The notes below the pieces were generated by a model, which saw only the letters and a list, made by a program, of their open reading frames with translations, was not told where the DNA came from and searched no databases. From NCBI GenBank assembly GCA_951406725.2, contig OX597840.1, forward strand, positions 12,648,001-12,712,000: DNA of 64,000 bases, read 5' to 3'. Origin of the DNA: Octopus vulgaris. Its lineage: Eukaryota. The position numbers and the translations under genes are program-made. How positions within the stretch are numbered: the stretch's first letter is position 1; the number at the start of each line of letters is the position of its first letter. Below are positions 1-13,990 of the stretch, piece by piece.

Positions 1-113
1 GTTCTAAACACTTGAAAGACTGTTGAAAACTTGTGGATACCTAAGGTTACAGGTAGTAATCTGCTATCCACATACTTCCTACCAGGAATAAGACTGAACT
101 TGAACCAAACCAA

Positions 114-625
<512 letters not shown>

Positions 626-1120
626 AATAATAATAATAATAATGAAAATAATAATGGTGGCACAAGATCAAAGCTTGCTTACTAATAATGGTACTACCAG
701 GCTAATGTTCTTCAAAACGATTCTGACCCCAAATGCAAATTCTGTAATAAATTTGATGAAACAATAGACAGTCTTGTCTCGGGAAGTTAAGAAATTTTGA
801 TAAGCCTATAATATCATATACTGATCCTATATATTTCTGTTAAACATTTGAAATTTGCTTTCATTATTTCTTGAGTAATTGAAACCCTGTCGATCATATA
901 ATTATTATCGCAAATATTGATCTGCATCAGTTAAAATGTGACTTGGTTACTAACCTGTATGTTCTGAGTTCAAATTACACCAAAGTGAATTACATATTTC
1001 ATATTTCTGAGTTTAATAAAAATAAAATACCAACTAAGTGTGGATTGATTTAATCTAGTTCATTCTCTTTAGAAGTTTAGTCTTGGGTCAATGTTAGAAA
1101 TCAGTATTATTTTTAATAAC

Positions 1121-1850
<730 letters not shown>

Positions 1851-2139
1851 GTGGCACAAGATTAAAGCTTGCTTACCAAAACCTACCAGGCTAATGTTCT
1901 TCAAAACGATTCTGACCCCAAATGCAAATTCTGCCATAAATTTGATGAAACAATAGCCCGTCTTATCTCGGGAGATTATGAAATTTTGATAAGCCTATAA
2001 AATCATATAATTGATCCTATATAAATATACATAAAATATACAATTTATGCAAGATCTGAGCAGAACAACATCACATGACAACCAAATATTGAGAGGATCG
2101 TTTTGAATAACACCAAAAACTACAAAGCCACCTGTGATA

Positions 2140-2760
2140 GCAGGGAACTTAGATGGAGTAGCCATGGGTTCCCCCTTAGGACTGCTGTTTGCAGCATTCT
2201 ACCAATACACTTGAGAGAACAGAATAATACCAAAACATAATACACAGTGTATTTAGATGATATACAAGCTAAGTACATGATATGCTAATGATAATGGGTA
2301 CATTAAATGACATTCAGAAATTAAAAGAAAGGTTAGAAACCAACTCAGTATTAAAATCTAACTTTCAGAATTTTAGGTTCATTGGAAACATAGAAATTGA
2401 AATGAGAAGATACGTGACAGCTGCAAACACAAGAATCTAACAAATACATATAACTACATGGAAAGAGTGAATGTCCAGACGAACTATGTCAGCGGTAATA
2501 TCAATATTTTTAAGTACATTTAGGTTCTTATCCACAAATAAGGCAAGAGAGAAAGAAATCCGCAATGTTTATTCCAAGAGAGTTGTAGACAGAGGTAGAG
2601 AAGAATAATAACAAATACATCGAAAAATACATCCAATGAATATACACTTTCACCCTCCACAAAAAATCCCAAATTTTATTTAATTTGCTTTGCGGGAAGG
2701 ATTGTTTCAACGAATTCACGTCTTGTTCTTGCCTTCGAATGTGGAGTAGTTGAAACAGGG
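2140..2760 (+). mobile_element. Degenerate Penelope-like RT remnant (copy at ~43880-44500)
   Basis: GATGGAGTAGCCATGGGTTCCCCCTTAGGA = DGVAMGSPLG, the Penelope RT motif. Many stops. Confidence 0.65.
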
Positions 2761-4067
2761 ACAACTAAAGAAGGGGAATATTCTTTATGTTGTATGTCTC
2801 GTTTGTCTGTTTTTTTCGTTGTTCATAAAAAGTTCGTTTCTATGTTTTCGTTTTCATGTTTTCGTTTCTCATTGTCTTCAACGTATTTTTGATGTCCTGT
2901 ACCCATATATGCATGTATATATACATATATATGTAGGTACGTACATATATGTATGTATATATGCATATATTTATATAGTATTAACATTATTATATGATCG
3001 AATGCCACGCATCCTTTTCCAAGTTATATATATATATATATTTGTGTATGTGCGTGTGTGTGCGCGTGTGTACATATGTATATATATATATTTATATATG
3101 TGTGTGTTTGTGTGTATCAGATGTGCTTTTAGTTTGTCTGGAGCTACAGTAGATGGTATTTGTCCAAAGCGTTGTGCAGTGGTATTGAACCCAAAACCAT
3201 ACGATTGGGAAACAACCTTCTAAATTAAATAGCCATGCCAGCACTTATATATGAGTTACTCATCCAGAATCAGTCGTTGGCAATTTGTTATAAGATTTAT
3301 TTTATATTTTTAACTTCCTGGGTCTGAGATTAGAAGCAATTCCCATGGCCATTGCATACCTTTCTCAATTGGTGTGTTTCAAATCTAATGGCAAAATGTT
3401 ATCTGAAATTTCATCCGCCAGATTGAAATTTCCTCCAACCAAAATAGTTTAACTTTCTTCCTCAAACATTTTAAATTTCATTAAACACCAACAGTCAAAT
3501 CCAACACAATTCCACGTTCCATAAATAACAATATTAAGAAAACAGACATTTATATTTCTATATTTTAGCCAAGATTCATGCTATGTATGTTCCTCTTGAA
3601 GTTACAATGTTTTAGGAAAAGATAGGACCAGGAAGAGAATTCCAGAGAATCAAAACTCTTACAAGGAAGAATTGTTTGCTTTAAAACTTTTATACAATAT
3701 CACATGAACAAATGTATCATTCACCACATTTCTGAAATAACATTGAATATAATTAATTAAATGTATGCACGCAGTTTCTTTATAGAAATCTTCCTCGTTT
3801 TGTAATGAAGAAAAGATATTGGTCAGAAAATAGAACATGAAATCCAATACAAACTAATACTTGTCTTTTCTACATTTTACCATTAGTGTGAAATTTCATT
3901 CAATTGATACAGTTTAACTTTCTTCCTTGTACATTTTTACTTGCATTAAACACCAACAGCTAAATCCAACACAAGTTCACGTTCCATCAAGAACAATATT
4001 TACAAAACCAACTTTTACATTCACATACTTTAGTCAGGAACGTTTTGTCTAACTCAGAAATACAAAC

Positions 4068-4190
4068 ATGGCTGTTAAAGCACCTTGTGTTGTCATTGAC
4101 AATGGATCGTATACATGTAAAATTGGCCTTGGACGTAATCTTGAACCGAGCATTTTCATTCCTTCACATAGCGGTTATTGCAATGATCAG
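4068..4190 (+). CDS. Divergent actin-like gene A1, coding exon 1 (41 codons)
   Basis: ATG at 4068 reads MAVKAPCVVIDNGSYTCKIGLGRNLEPSIFIPSHSGYCNDQ, colinear with actin residues 1-41 (VVDNGSGMCKAG...HQ). Ends CAG|GTATGT, a phase-0 donor. Confidence 0.92.
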
Positions 4191-4369
4191 GTATGTTGAC
4201 TATATTTATATAAGTAATAGCAAATGATCCTTGTTTTTTAATGTCCACTTTTCCATGTTTGCATGGGCCAGGTAGAATTCTTCATGAGGGATATTCTATG
4301 CTGATACCTTTTATATCAGGCTATCCTTCGCCTTTTTCCAAATATCATACAGCTGATGAACATGAAGAC

Positions 4370-4850
4370 CATTATAACTTGTAAAACTCAATCACGAAGA
4401 TACCTCTCCCAGTTGTAACTGCCAAGACTCTGAAGCCTATCCATTTGACCAGGCATATAAGATAACCTCCGTCATATACATGGCAGAAGTTTGAGATAAG
4501 CTCCAAGACAAATCCATTGAAAAAAGAATTACATTGGTTTATGTGAAGGAGAATCTAAGAGACGTTATGCAAACCACCTATTTTCTTTCTGGCACATCAA
4601 ATAATGTAATGCAACTAAGTTGGCTAGCCATGTATGGAATTTGAAGAGCAGCTCCACAGCACATACAATTAAGTGGAGAATTGTGGAGAAATCCAAGCCA
4701 TACATTAATGGACATAAGAAATGCAACTTCTCCATAGCAGAAAAGTTTCGTATGCTTTTTAGATCCAGATCTGCCTAATTCCAGATCTGAAATTTTTAGT
4801 AGGTGTAGAAACACGGACAGGTTTCTTTTATTGAATTTAAGGGCACCACC
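4370..4850 (+). mobile_element. Penelope GIY-YIG remnant in intron 1 of A1 (also 46760-47240)
   Basis: Homologous to 34150-34650, with a CNC...P..Q...VIY.AEV pattern. Confidence 0.65.
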
Positions 4851-5054
4851 AGCTCCATATTGAGTTGCTGTCTCACAGACTTTGACATACTTTCTGTTAT
4901 TTTGTTCTAAACCAGTTGTGTTTAATGAGCTTTCTGAAATTAGGGAGGACGAATATTTTAGTTTTCTTCACTTTGTTTCTTTTTTTGTCTCATTTTTTTT
5001 TACATCACCTTTCTTCTTGTGTTTCCTTATTTTCTCACTGTCCAGCGTCCTTGA

Positions 5055-5110
<56 letters not shown>

Positions 5111-5210
5111 GCATAAAGAGAATTTGGAAGATTGCTTTAAGATACATTGTGCCTAGTTCATTTATCGTAAAAGCATAGAAGTATCAATTGATACATACAT
5201 GCATACATAC

Positions 5211-5325
<115 letters not shown>

Positions 5326-5987
5326 TGTTAAAAGTCAGATTGAATCTTGCTTGATTGAATCAGCCAAACTGGCGCATAATGGGAAAATACTTTGAATTAA
5401 ATTTACCCTGAAATGTTAATACAAACGGAATGAAACAATTTTCATGTAAACTGACCAAATGGCTTTTGAGATATTAGAGGTTTTCGGGATATAAATACCG
5501 AAATCGTGGCATAATGGGAAAATGTTTCGAAAATAATCTTCATCCTGAAATGGAAGAAACTCTTATCTATCTGTTAGACACTGTGAGTTGATGAGAACAA
5601 AATATAATTTTTTTTTTACAATAAATATTTCTACTTTGACTTTTGTTAAACGTAATATCTTAATCCTTTAATAGTATTTCTAACTGAATGTGATTTCAAA
5701 AATGTAAGCATTTGTACTGTAAGTATTTATATTTTAGCTTTCTTTAAACAGAAAATATTTTAATGATTTTTAAGGTTATTTTCCGAAATTATAAAAATTT
5801 TTTTGGCTTATAAAAAAGATATTCACAACTGCTTGTGGTGTTTCTCCCTCAGTATAAAAGTGTCTCGTCAGGTGATGTTATAAGAGGTATATCTTTAAAT
5901 AAACTCTGTTTTGCTTAGTTTTGATACAGCATGTTGTTGTTGACCATGTTGTTGGGCAGGAATAGCTAGGGACACATTCCATTGCAA

Positions 5988-8900
5988 TGATGATGATGAT
6001 GATCATCATCATCATCCTTTAGCGCCCGTTTTCCATGCTACCATGGGTTGGACGGTTCAACTGGGGTCTGGGAAGCCAGAAGGCTGCACCAAGCCCAGTC
6101 TGATCTGGCAATGTTTCTACGGCTGGATGCCCTTCCTAACGCCAACCACTCCGTGAGTGTAGTGGGTGCTTTTTACGTGCCACCGGCACAGGTGCCATAC
6201 GGGGCTGGCAAACGGCCACGGTCTGATGGTGCTTTTACGTGCCACCTGCACGAGGGCCAGGCGAGGCTGGCAGCGGCCACGATCGGATGGTGCTTTTTAC
6301 GTGCCACCGGCACGGAGGCCCGTCGGGTCGGCACTGGCGACGGCCACGTTCGGATGGTTCGCTTACGTGCCACCGGCACTGGTATCACAGCTGCAATTTC
6401 TATTGATGTTGATCGATTTCGATTTTGATTTTTTGATTTCCACTTGCCTCAACAGGTCTTCACAAGTAGAGTTTTGTGTCCCAAGAAGGAAAGGTATGCA
6501 TAAGTGGACTGGCTACATCCCAGGTAGAGGCCATGGGTTATGGTCTCACTTGTCCTGGCGTGTCTTCTCACGCACAGCATACTTCCATAGGTCTCGGTCT
6601 CTAGTCATTTCCTCGGTGAGACCTAAAGTTTGAAGGTCGTGATTCACCACCCACAGGTTCCCTCAACCGCTAGGGTGTGGCACTTTTTCACACAACTATC
6701 TTCAGCCATTCTCATCACATGACCATACCAGCGCGAACGCCTCTCTTGCACACCACAACTGATGCTTCTTAGGTCCAACTTTTCTCTCTCAAGGTACTTA
6801 CACACTGTCGATTATGAACACTGACATTACACATCCATCGGAGCATACTGGCTTCATTTCTTGCGAGCTTACGCATATCCTCAGCAGTCAATGCCCATGT
6901 TTCACTACCATGTAGCATGGATGTTCGTACACATGCATCATACAGTCTGCCTTTTACTCTGAGCGAGAGGCCTTTTGTCACCAGCAGGGGTAAGAGCTCT
7001 CTGAACTTTGCCCAGACTATTCTTACTCTAGCAGTTACACTTTCCGCACACCCTCTCCTGCTACTGACTTGGTCACCTAGGTAACGGAAGCTATCAACTA
7101 TTTCTAGTTTTTCTCCCTGGAATGTGGTAGAAGTTGGTCTCTGCACATTTTCAGTGTTTATTGCTCCTGAGCATCTGCCACATACAAAAACTATTTTCCT
7201 AGTAAGCCTTCCTTTGAAATTGCTGCACCTCTTATGTGTCCATAGCTTACACTTGGTGCATCTTATAGAGTTTCTACCTACGCCTTTTCTACAGATCGGG
7301 CAGGGCCATCTACCTGAAGGCGTTTGTGATTTGTCTACCTTCCTACTTATTAGGACTTTGGTTTTAGCTAGGTCGACTCTAAGGCCCTTCGATTCTAATC
7401 CTTGCTTCCACACCTGTAACCTCTCCTCCAGTTCTGATAGTGACTCAGCAATTAGAGCAAGGTCATCAGCATAGAGGAGCTCCTAGGGGCATCCTGTCTT
7501 GAATTCCTCCGTTATTGCCTGGAGGACTATGATAAATAGGAGGGGACTGAAGACTGAACCTTGGTGGACTCCAACCTCTACCCGGAATTCTTCACTGTAC
7601 TCGTTGCCAACCCTCACCCCTTACTAGCAGCGTCCCTGTACATGGCTCGCACAACTCTCATTAACCATTCAACTATCCCTAGTTTCCTCATTGACCACCA
7701 GATAAGAGATCGGGGTACCCTGTCGAAGGCTTTCTCCATGTCAACAAAAGCCAGGTACAGGGACTTATCTTTGGCTAGGTATTTCTCCTGCAGCTGTCTT
7801 ACCAGGAATATAGCATCAGTAGTACTTTTCCCTGGCACGAATCCAAACTGCATCTTATCTAAACTAACTCTCTCTCTCTCTCTCTCTCTCTCTAATTAGT
7901 TGGGCTATGACCCTCTCCGTAACCTTCATTACCTGATCCAACAGCTTGATACCCCGGTAGTTATTTGTATCTAGGGCGTCACCTTTACCTTTGTAGCAGT
8001 TGACTATTATGCTGCTACACCAGTCATTGGGAATGACTCCTTCTTGTATCACCTGGTTGACTATACGGGTGACTAGGCTATAGCCGACACTACCAGATAT
8101 TTTGAGCATCTCTGCAGTAATTCCTGATGGGCCTGGGACTTACCCTGTCTTCATGCTTCTAATTGCCTTAACTACCAAAGAACTGTCAACTCGGATAGCT
8201 GGTCCCTCTGTTGGGTCAACATTCGGCAGACTCTCTTTATCCCATTCATTTTCCTCATTCAGCAACCTTTCATAGTGGCATCTACAAACCTCTCTCTTTG
8301 CATCCTCATTTAGCGCAAGTGAACCATCATCCATGCGAACACATTTCACTCCTACCACATCACGATTCTCTCTCACACACTGTTTTGCAACACGAAACAT
8401 CTCAAGTCTTTTATCCTCACGGCGCAGAACATTGGCGAATTTTTTCTTATCTGCTTCCCCTCTGGCTAAATACACCTGCCTCCTAGCTTCCCTTCTGGCA
8501 GTCTGATACGTTTCCCTGCTACCACCGTTCTTCCAGTCCTTCCAAGCCTGTTTCTTTTGTCTAATAGCCCTGTCAACAATATTGTTCCACCACCACGTAA
8601 TTTTGGGTCGAGAGGGGACTTTGCACCAGCCACAGATCTGGTCAGTGGCTCTCAGCAGGTTGTCCCTTAGAGACCTCCAGTTGTCTTCTACCCCATGTGA
8701 AGCTATACCCCCTTCTATTTCGTCAAAGGCTTCAAGTAATATGTCTCTAAATCTCTGTCCATTCGCAGGATCTTTAAGCTTCCAGACCCTTCTTCTCCAT
8801 GTTGGTCGTCTTCTGGTCATCCTCTTAGTCCTGATCCCAAACTCACTAACTACCAGTCTGTGTTGTGGGGTACATTCTTCGCCTGGGAAGGTTTTGCATT

Positions 8901-9038
8901 TATAAGCAGCCATCTTTCCCTTTTTCTGGCAAGGATGTAGTCGATTTGGCTAGTATGTCGTCCCGATCGGTAGGTGACTTGGTGGCTTGTAGGTTTCCTG
9001 AAGTTAGTGTTGCAGACCATAAGATTATTCGCATCGCA
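5988..9038 (-). mobile_element. RTE-like non-LTR retrotransposon, 5'-truncated and frameshifted, in intron 1 of A1
   Basis: Minus-strand ORFs show the endonuclease C-terminus (PQHRLVV), RT motifs (NYRGIKLL, QFGFVPGKSTTDAIF, FVDMEKAFDRV) and a PHD-like Cys/His insert. 3' UTR has ~60-bp repeats and a (GAT)n tail. Confidence 0.92.
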
Positions 9039-9399
9039 TATATAAGGATAATCATATTAAAAGGAATATGAAGCTGTGAAAACATTTATGACAGAATTCA
9101 TTGAGTACCATAACGAATGGGGCTCCAATTCTTGGCTGAAATTGAGGTCTACAAACATGATTCACTCGTGATTTACATGCGATCGGGAAATAGGGCTGAA
9201 GTTGACTGTCATAAATTTCTTGGTTTAAAATTAATTTAAAACGATTATTAAACTATTAAAAATACAAAATATCAAATATATTACTATTAATAATTGTTAG
9301 TAAAACCTTTAGAAGTGATTTGAACACATATCAATGCTGTCGAAGTTTTTCCTTTGTGATTTAATTTATTATATAAAACAAATTCTGATACAAAAACAG

Positions 9400-10330
9400 A
9401 TCGGTGTTGACCTAAGAAAGAAGTTAAACAAGCTCACATGTTTGGTGATGGATACATGAAGATTTCTGAACGATTTTCTGTCAAAATACTGACTATTCAG
9501 TTGATTATTAAGAAATATCGAACCTTGAGTGGTGTGAAATTTGTCGAATAGAAGAAAATGAAAGGTATCAGACGAACTCATTCAAAGATTGGTGAGATGA
9601 ATAGAGGGTGAACCGAGGACAACTGTAAAAGAGATCAGCCATCAGGTTGGGCAGTTGGGCGTAAATGTTACATCATCATCTGCATTGTATACATTTGGGC
9701 ACCGTGGGTGCTGAATGAGAACCTCATCCCTACCCAGGCCCACCACGTTAAGGCTCGGCTAAACTATGCAAAAAACTTGTTAAACAAACCTTCTCAATTT
9801 TGGTCGATGGTTCTGCGAATTGATGAGACTAAAATTTAACTTTTTGGCCACAACAAGAACGCCACAGTTTAGCGGAAGTCTGGGCGGCCCTCCTGACCCG
9901 AAAACACCATTTCTACCAAGAAGCATAGGTGTGGAAATTTAATGTTTTGGAGGTGCTTTACAGCAACCAATTGAGGATGACTAGTTTTTATCAAAGACCA
10001 GATGAAAAAAGAGGATTACGTCAAAATATCAGACGAAAGTCTTTTAGTGTCAACAGAAGAGTTGATGCTAGGTTACAACTGGATCTTTCAAGAAGATAAT
10101 GATCCAAAGCATATATACTGAAACTAACGACTGCCTGGATCGGTGAGAATGGCTTCAACATTTGGTAATGGTCATCATAATTGTTGTACCTGAATCCAAC
10201 TGCAAAAATTGGTGCCATTCCAAAGCTCAGATTTGGTAAAGAGGTCTAAAATATGAGGAATTGCAAAAAAAAAGATAAATAAATTAGTTTCTAGTTATAC
10301 AAAAAGATTGAATATAATTATTTATAATAA
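9400..10330 (+). mobile_element. Tc1-family transposase remnant (copy at ~51720-52440 has an internal deletion)
   Basis: Decayed motifs FWSMVLRIDETKI, KH...NLMFW.CF and WIFQEDNDPKH. Confidence 0.8.
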
Positions 10331-10542
10331 ATAATTTTATGGAATTTATTAATTTTGCTTGTTAGCCATTGTAAAAACATATTAATGACTAAACGAAATT
10401 GTGTATATTATTAAAGTATAAATAATATACAAAAGATATTACAAACCGACTAGTGATAAGAATATATTTTTTAAAAATCAACGTTATTCTACACTATATG
10501 AATACTTATAAACACCACCGTCTCGCTGTTTCGGTCTCCCCC

Positions 10543-10650
<108 letters not shown>

Positions 10651-10678
10651 ATATGTGTGTGTGTGTGTGTGTGTGTGT

Positions 10679-10930
10679 AGGCGCAATGGCCCATTGGTTA
10701 GGGCAGCGGACTTGCAGTCTTAGGATCGCGGTTTCGATTCCCAGACCAGGCGTTGTGAGTGTTTATTGAGCGAAAACACCTAAAAGCTGCACGTGACTCC
10801 GGCAGAGGGTGGTGATCCCTGCTATACTTTCTCCCACTCTTTCTTCGGTTGGCCTGCTCGCTTAGCTAGCGAGGTGGGGTCATTCGAAGGCTAAAACAAT
10901 GCGAACGCATAGTGATCAGCGATGTGTAAC
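10679..10930 (+). mobile_element. tRNA-derived SINE, family 2 (copy at 52766-53015)
   Basis: A-box TGGCCCATTGGT and B-box GTTTCGATTCC followed by a non-tRNA body, set between microsatellites. Confidence 0.7.
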
Positions 10931-10956
10931 TATAGGTATACATATATATATTATAT

Positions 10957-11005
<49 letters not shown>

Positions 11006-11018
11006 TATATATAGATAT

Positions 11019-11084
<66 letters not shown>

Positions 11085-11899
11085 GTAGCTATAGGTATGT
11101 ATAGATAGATACCTTACTGTTCCATTAAGCGAAGCTCAACAAAAAGAGTACTCCATTCAATGAATGATAAGTATCATTTAATGTACAAAGAACAAAAGAT
11201 TCAAAGAATGAAGCCAAAGAGAGGTGTGCTGCCGTAAAGAAATACATAGTTAGCTAACCTGAGGAAAGTGTAGGAAAAGGAAAGAGAATGTGGGAGACAG
11301 CAGGATAGAGATGGTGGTAAAGTGCTGGGCATATTCTCAAGGGCTGGGGATCAGAATATAAATGGGATGGTTGAGTAAAGGAAGAGAGAGATATCGATGG
11401 TGGCAAGTGCCAGTGAATACCCTTGAGGTTCAAATACCATAATGTAAGTGGCAGGATATTGCGAAGGAAGCACAATTAGAGAGCGCGGAGTGAGTGGTGA
11501 AAACCTGGGTATATATATATTAGTCGGTGGGTGCTACTAGATAGCAATGATACAGATAAACAGGGCCGTGTGAATAGGATCGGGGAGTGAAAGGTAGGCA
11601 TAGAGTATGAAGGAAGAAATGTGTGGAAGATGCAGAGACGTAGATTGGTTTGTTGGGGTTGGATGAGTGAAAAGTTTTCTTGTTACATGTAGGTGAAACA
11701 CGTATGTCAGGGGGACTAGCAAATTGCATTGATACAGTGGGACAGGTGATGTGGGTGGAACACACAGGTCGGGGCCTAGAGGAGAGCTACGACACAGTGG
11801 GACAGGATTGGGGAGTGGGAGGTAAGCGTAGTGCATGAAGTGGAAATGAAGAGAAGAAATGTAGGGATGTAGTTTAGTATGTTGTAGTAGGGTGTGTGA

Positions 11900-12400
11900 G
11901 ATGTTTACTTGTTAAGTGTGCGTGGGACACACAGCGCTTCTAGAACTCAGTTTGCTGACGTGGGTGGGTCTTCTCAAGACCCTCATATCATCAGACATCT
12001 CAGTCCATTGTCATTTCCTCCATGAGGTCCAACTTCCTGAGATCACTCCTTACCACTTCATCCCACGTCTTTCCGGGTCTCCCTCTTCAGATACCATCCA
12101 CTTTCAGTGATCACCACTTCTTTATGCAGCTGGCCTCATTCATACACATCACATCTCCAAACCAACGGAGTCTTCTCTTGCATGCTACATTTGATTCCTC
12201 TTATGCCCAACTTTTCTCTCAATACATTGCACTTTGTCTACATGTGCACTGATGTTGCACATCCAACAGAGCACACTACCTTCATTTCTTTCCAGTCTAT
12301 GCACATCTTCTGCATTGAGAGCCCATGTCTCACTTCCAAGGAGTATAGGCCATTCACACACAAGCATCATACAGTCTACTTTTCACTCTGAGGGAGACTC
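11900..12400 (-). mobile_element. Older RTE-like LINE 3' fragment shared by all three introns (also ~36000-36480, ~53980-54460)
   Basis: LGSETWALNAEDVHRLERNE and, in the other copies, ERRLRWFG match the C-terminus of the larger RTE element. Confidence 0.75.
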
Positions 12401-12640
12401 CTTTTATTGATTTTAAATACTCCTAATAACTATTTTGTGATGGAATGTTCTGAATAGAGTTTCAATTACTCAAGAAATAAGGAAAACACTTTTCATCCTT
12501 ACTTCAAACTTTAACAGAAAGATATCAAAGGATTAATCATGGAATATTATAGTATTTAATATGGGATATTGTAGGATTAGTTATCAGAATTCCAGAATTC
12601 ATGTAATTCTTTCTATAATTCCTGTATTTTTGTATTTCAG

Positions 12641-13627
12641 GGTGAAGCGATTGGAAATGAACTCAAAAACTATAATGCTAAAATTAAATCTGGAAACAGT
12701 ACAAGTGTTCTTAACTTGAAGCATCCTATTGAACGCGGTGTCATTACCAACTGGGATGATATGGAGAAGATTTGGTTGCATGCATTCAAAGAGTTGAAAG
12801 TTGCACCTGCAGAAAGCTCTGTCTTGTTGACTGAGGCTGTTTCTAACCCCAAGGACAACAGAGAAAAGATGGCCGAAATTATGTTTGAAAAGTTTAAAAC
12901 TCATGCATTATGTATTGCTGATCAGGCTCCACTGTCGCTTTTTGCTTCTGGTCGTACCACAGGTATGTCTGTGGATGTAGGTCATGGCATCACCCAAATT
13001 GTCCCTGTCTATGAAGGGTCAGTTAAACGAGAAGCTGCTGTCCGGTGGGATTTTGGTGGTGTGGACATGACAGATTACCTTACGAGTATGTTGACTGAAC
13101 GTGGTTATTCCTTTGACAGTCCTTCTCAGACAGAAACTGTCCGTAACATCAAAGAGAAGTGTTGTTATGTTGCTCTAGACTTTGAACAGGAAATGCAGAC
13201 TGCAACCTCTGAGATATATAAATTACCTGACAAGCAAGTCATTACCATTGGCAATGAACGATTCCGAACGCCAGAAGTTACGTTCCAGCCAAGTTTAATT
13301 CATGAGGGATCTGAGGGTATTCATGTAAGAATTCGTGATTCAATCATCAAATGTAATAGGTGGATTAAAATGCCCATATTTCAGAACATTGTATTGTCTG
13401 GTGGTTCGACAACATTCAGAGGCTTTGCCCAGCGCCTAGAAAAAGAAATGAGTTCCATTCTGGCACCTGCAACGATATTTCAGATTATTGACCATGGAGA
13501 ACTTAAATACGCTACATGGCTTGGTGGCACTGCATTGGCTACTTTGTCTACCTTTAAAGATTGGTGTATTATCAGAGAAGAATATAATGAACATGGCTCA
13601 AATATTCTCGATAAAAAATATACGTAA
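12641..13627 (+). CDS. Divergent actin-like gene A1, coding exon 2 (328 codons + stop)
   Basis: Acceptor TTTTGTATTTCAG|GGT is in frame with ORF 12716..13627. Actin motifs present: PIERGVITNWDDMEKIW, ASGRTTG, IKEKCCYVALDFEQEM, VITIGNERF, VLSGGST. Confidence 0.95.
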   Translation, partial: GEAIGNELKNYNAKIKSGNSTSVLNLKHPIERGVITNWDDMEKIWLHAFKELKVAPAESSVLLTEAVSNPKDNREKMAEIMFEKFKTHALCIADQAPLSLFASGRTTGMSVDVGHGITQIVPVYEGSVKREAAVRWDFGGVDMTDYLTSMLTERGYSFDSPSQTETVRNIKEKCCYVALDFEQEMQTATSEIYKLPDKQVITIGNERFRTPEVTFQPSLIHEGSEGIHVRIRDSIIKCNRWIKMPIFQNIVLSGGSTTFRGFAQRLEKEMSSILAPATIFQIIDHGELKYATWLGGTALATLSTFKDWCIIREEYNEHGSNILDKKYT

Positions 13628-13659
13628 TATGTATGTGTCATTGATATATATATATATAT

Positions 13660-13990
13660 GATATAATATAATATAAATCCAGTTCTATGTGTTTGTGTGT
13701 GTGTGTGTGTGGATGTGCGTAAAAGATTATAACGGCTGTATTGTTCAACTGATTTTACTCCAAAGTGGGAACAGATATTACTTATGTTCCAGGAATGGAC
13801 CAAGATTCCAAGCATTTCCAAATACAAAATTAGACAATACAACGCTGCACTAAAGATAATATCATTTGGAGTCACAAAAAATTTAACTGAGTCAGGATTC
13901 ATGCAATCTTTCAGGATCCAAAGTCAGATTTATCATCGGATTGCCTCTCTACTACCTCTGTCCAATGAATCACCAAAATCAGCCTTTCAT
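13660..13990 (+). mobile_element. Helitron remnant directly 3' of the actin-like stop codon (also ~38520-38850, ~55716-56040)
   Basis: IRQYNAALKIISFG...GFMQSFRIQSQIYHRIASLLP resembles the Helitron Rep/Hel N-terminal motif (IR.YN.A...SFG...F.I.GQ.YHRIGSLLP). Confidence 0.75.

Noticed and set aside
4045-4227. Short ORFs overlapping exon 1 (4045..4227, 46089..46277)
   Set aside because: Alternative-frame shadows of the actin-like exon.
6160-6385. CRISPR-like repeat/spacer pattern
   Set aside because: These are degenerate ~60-bp tandem repeats in the LINE 3' UTR with related spacers, in a eukaryotic context with no cas genes.
10679-10760. tRNA gene
   Set aside because: The tRNA-like head continues into a repeat body and its B-box is degraded in the paralogous copy. 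It is better explained as a SINE, and the same applies to family 1 heads.
11100-11850. Purine-rich repeat of possible Penelope origin
   Set aside because: No motif could be read confidently, so it is left unannotated.
12641-13627. Assigning a conventional actin or Arp gene symbol
   Set aside because: Too divergent for a conventional actin, and I recognised no diagnostic insertions of a conserved Arp subfamily. A phylogeny is needed.
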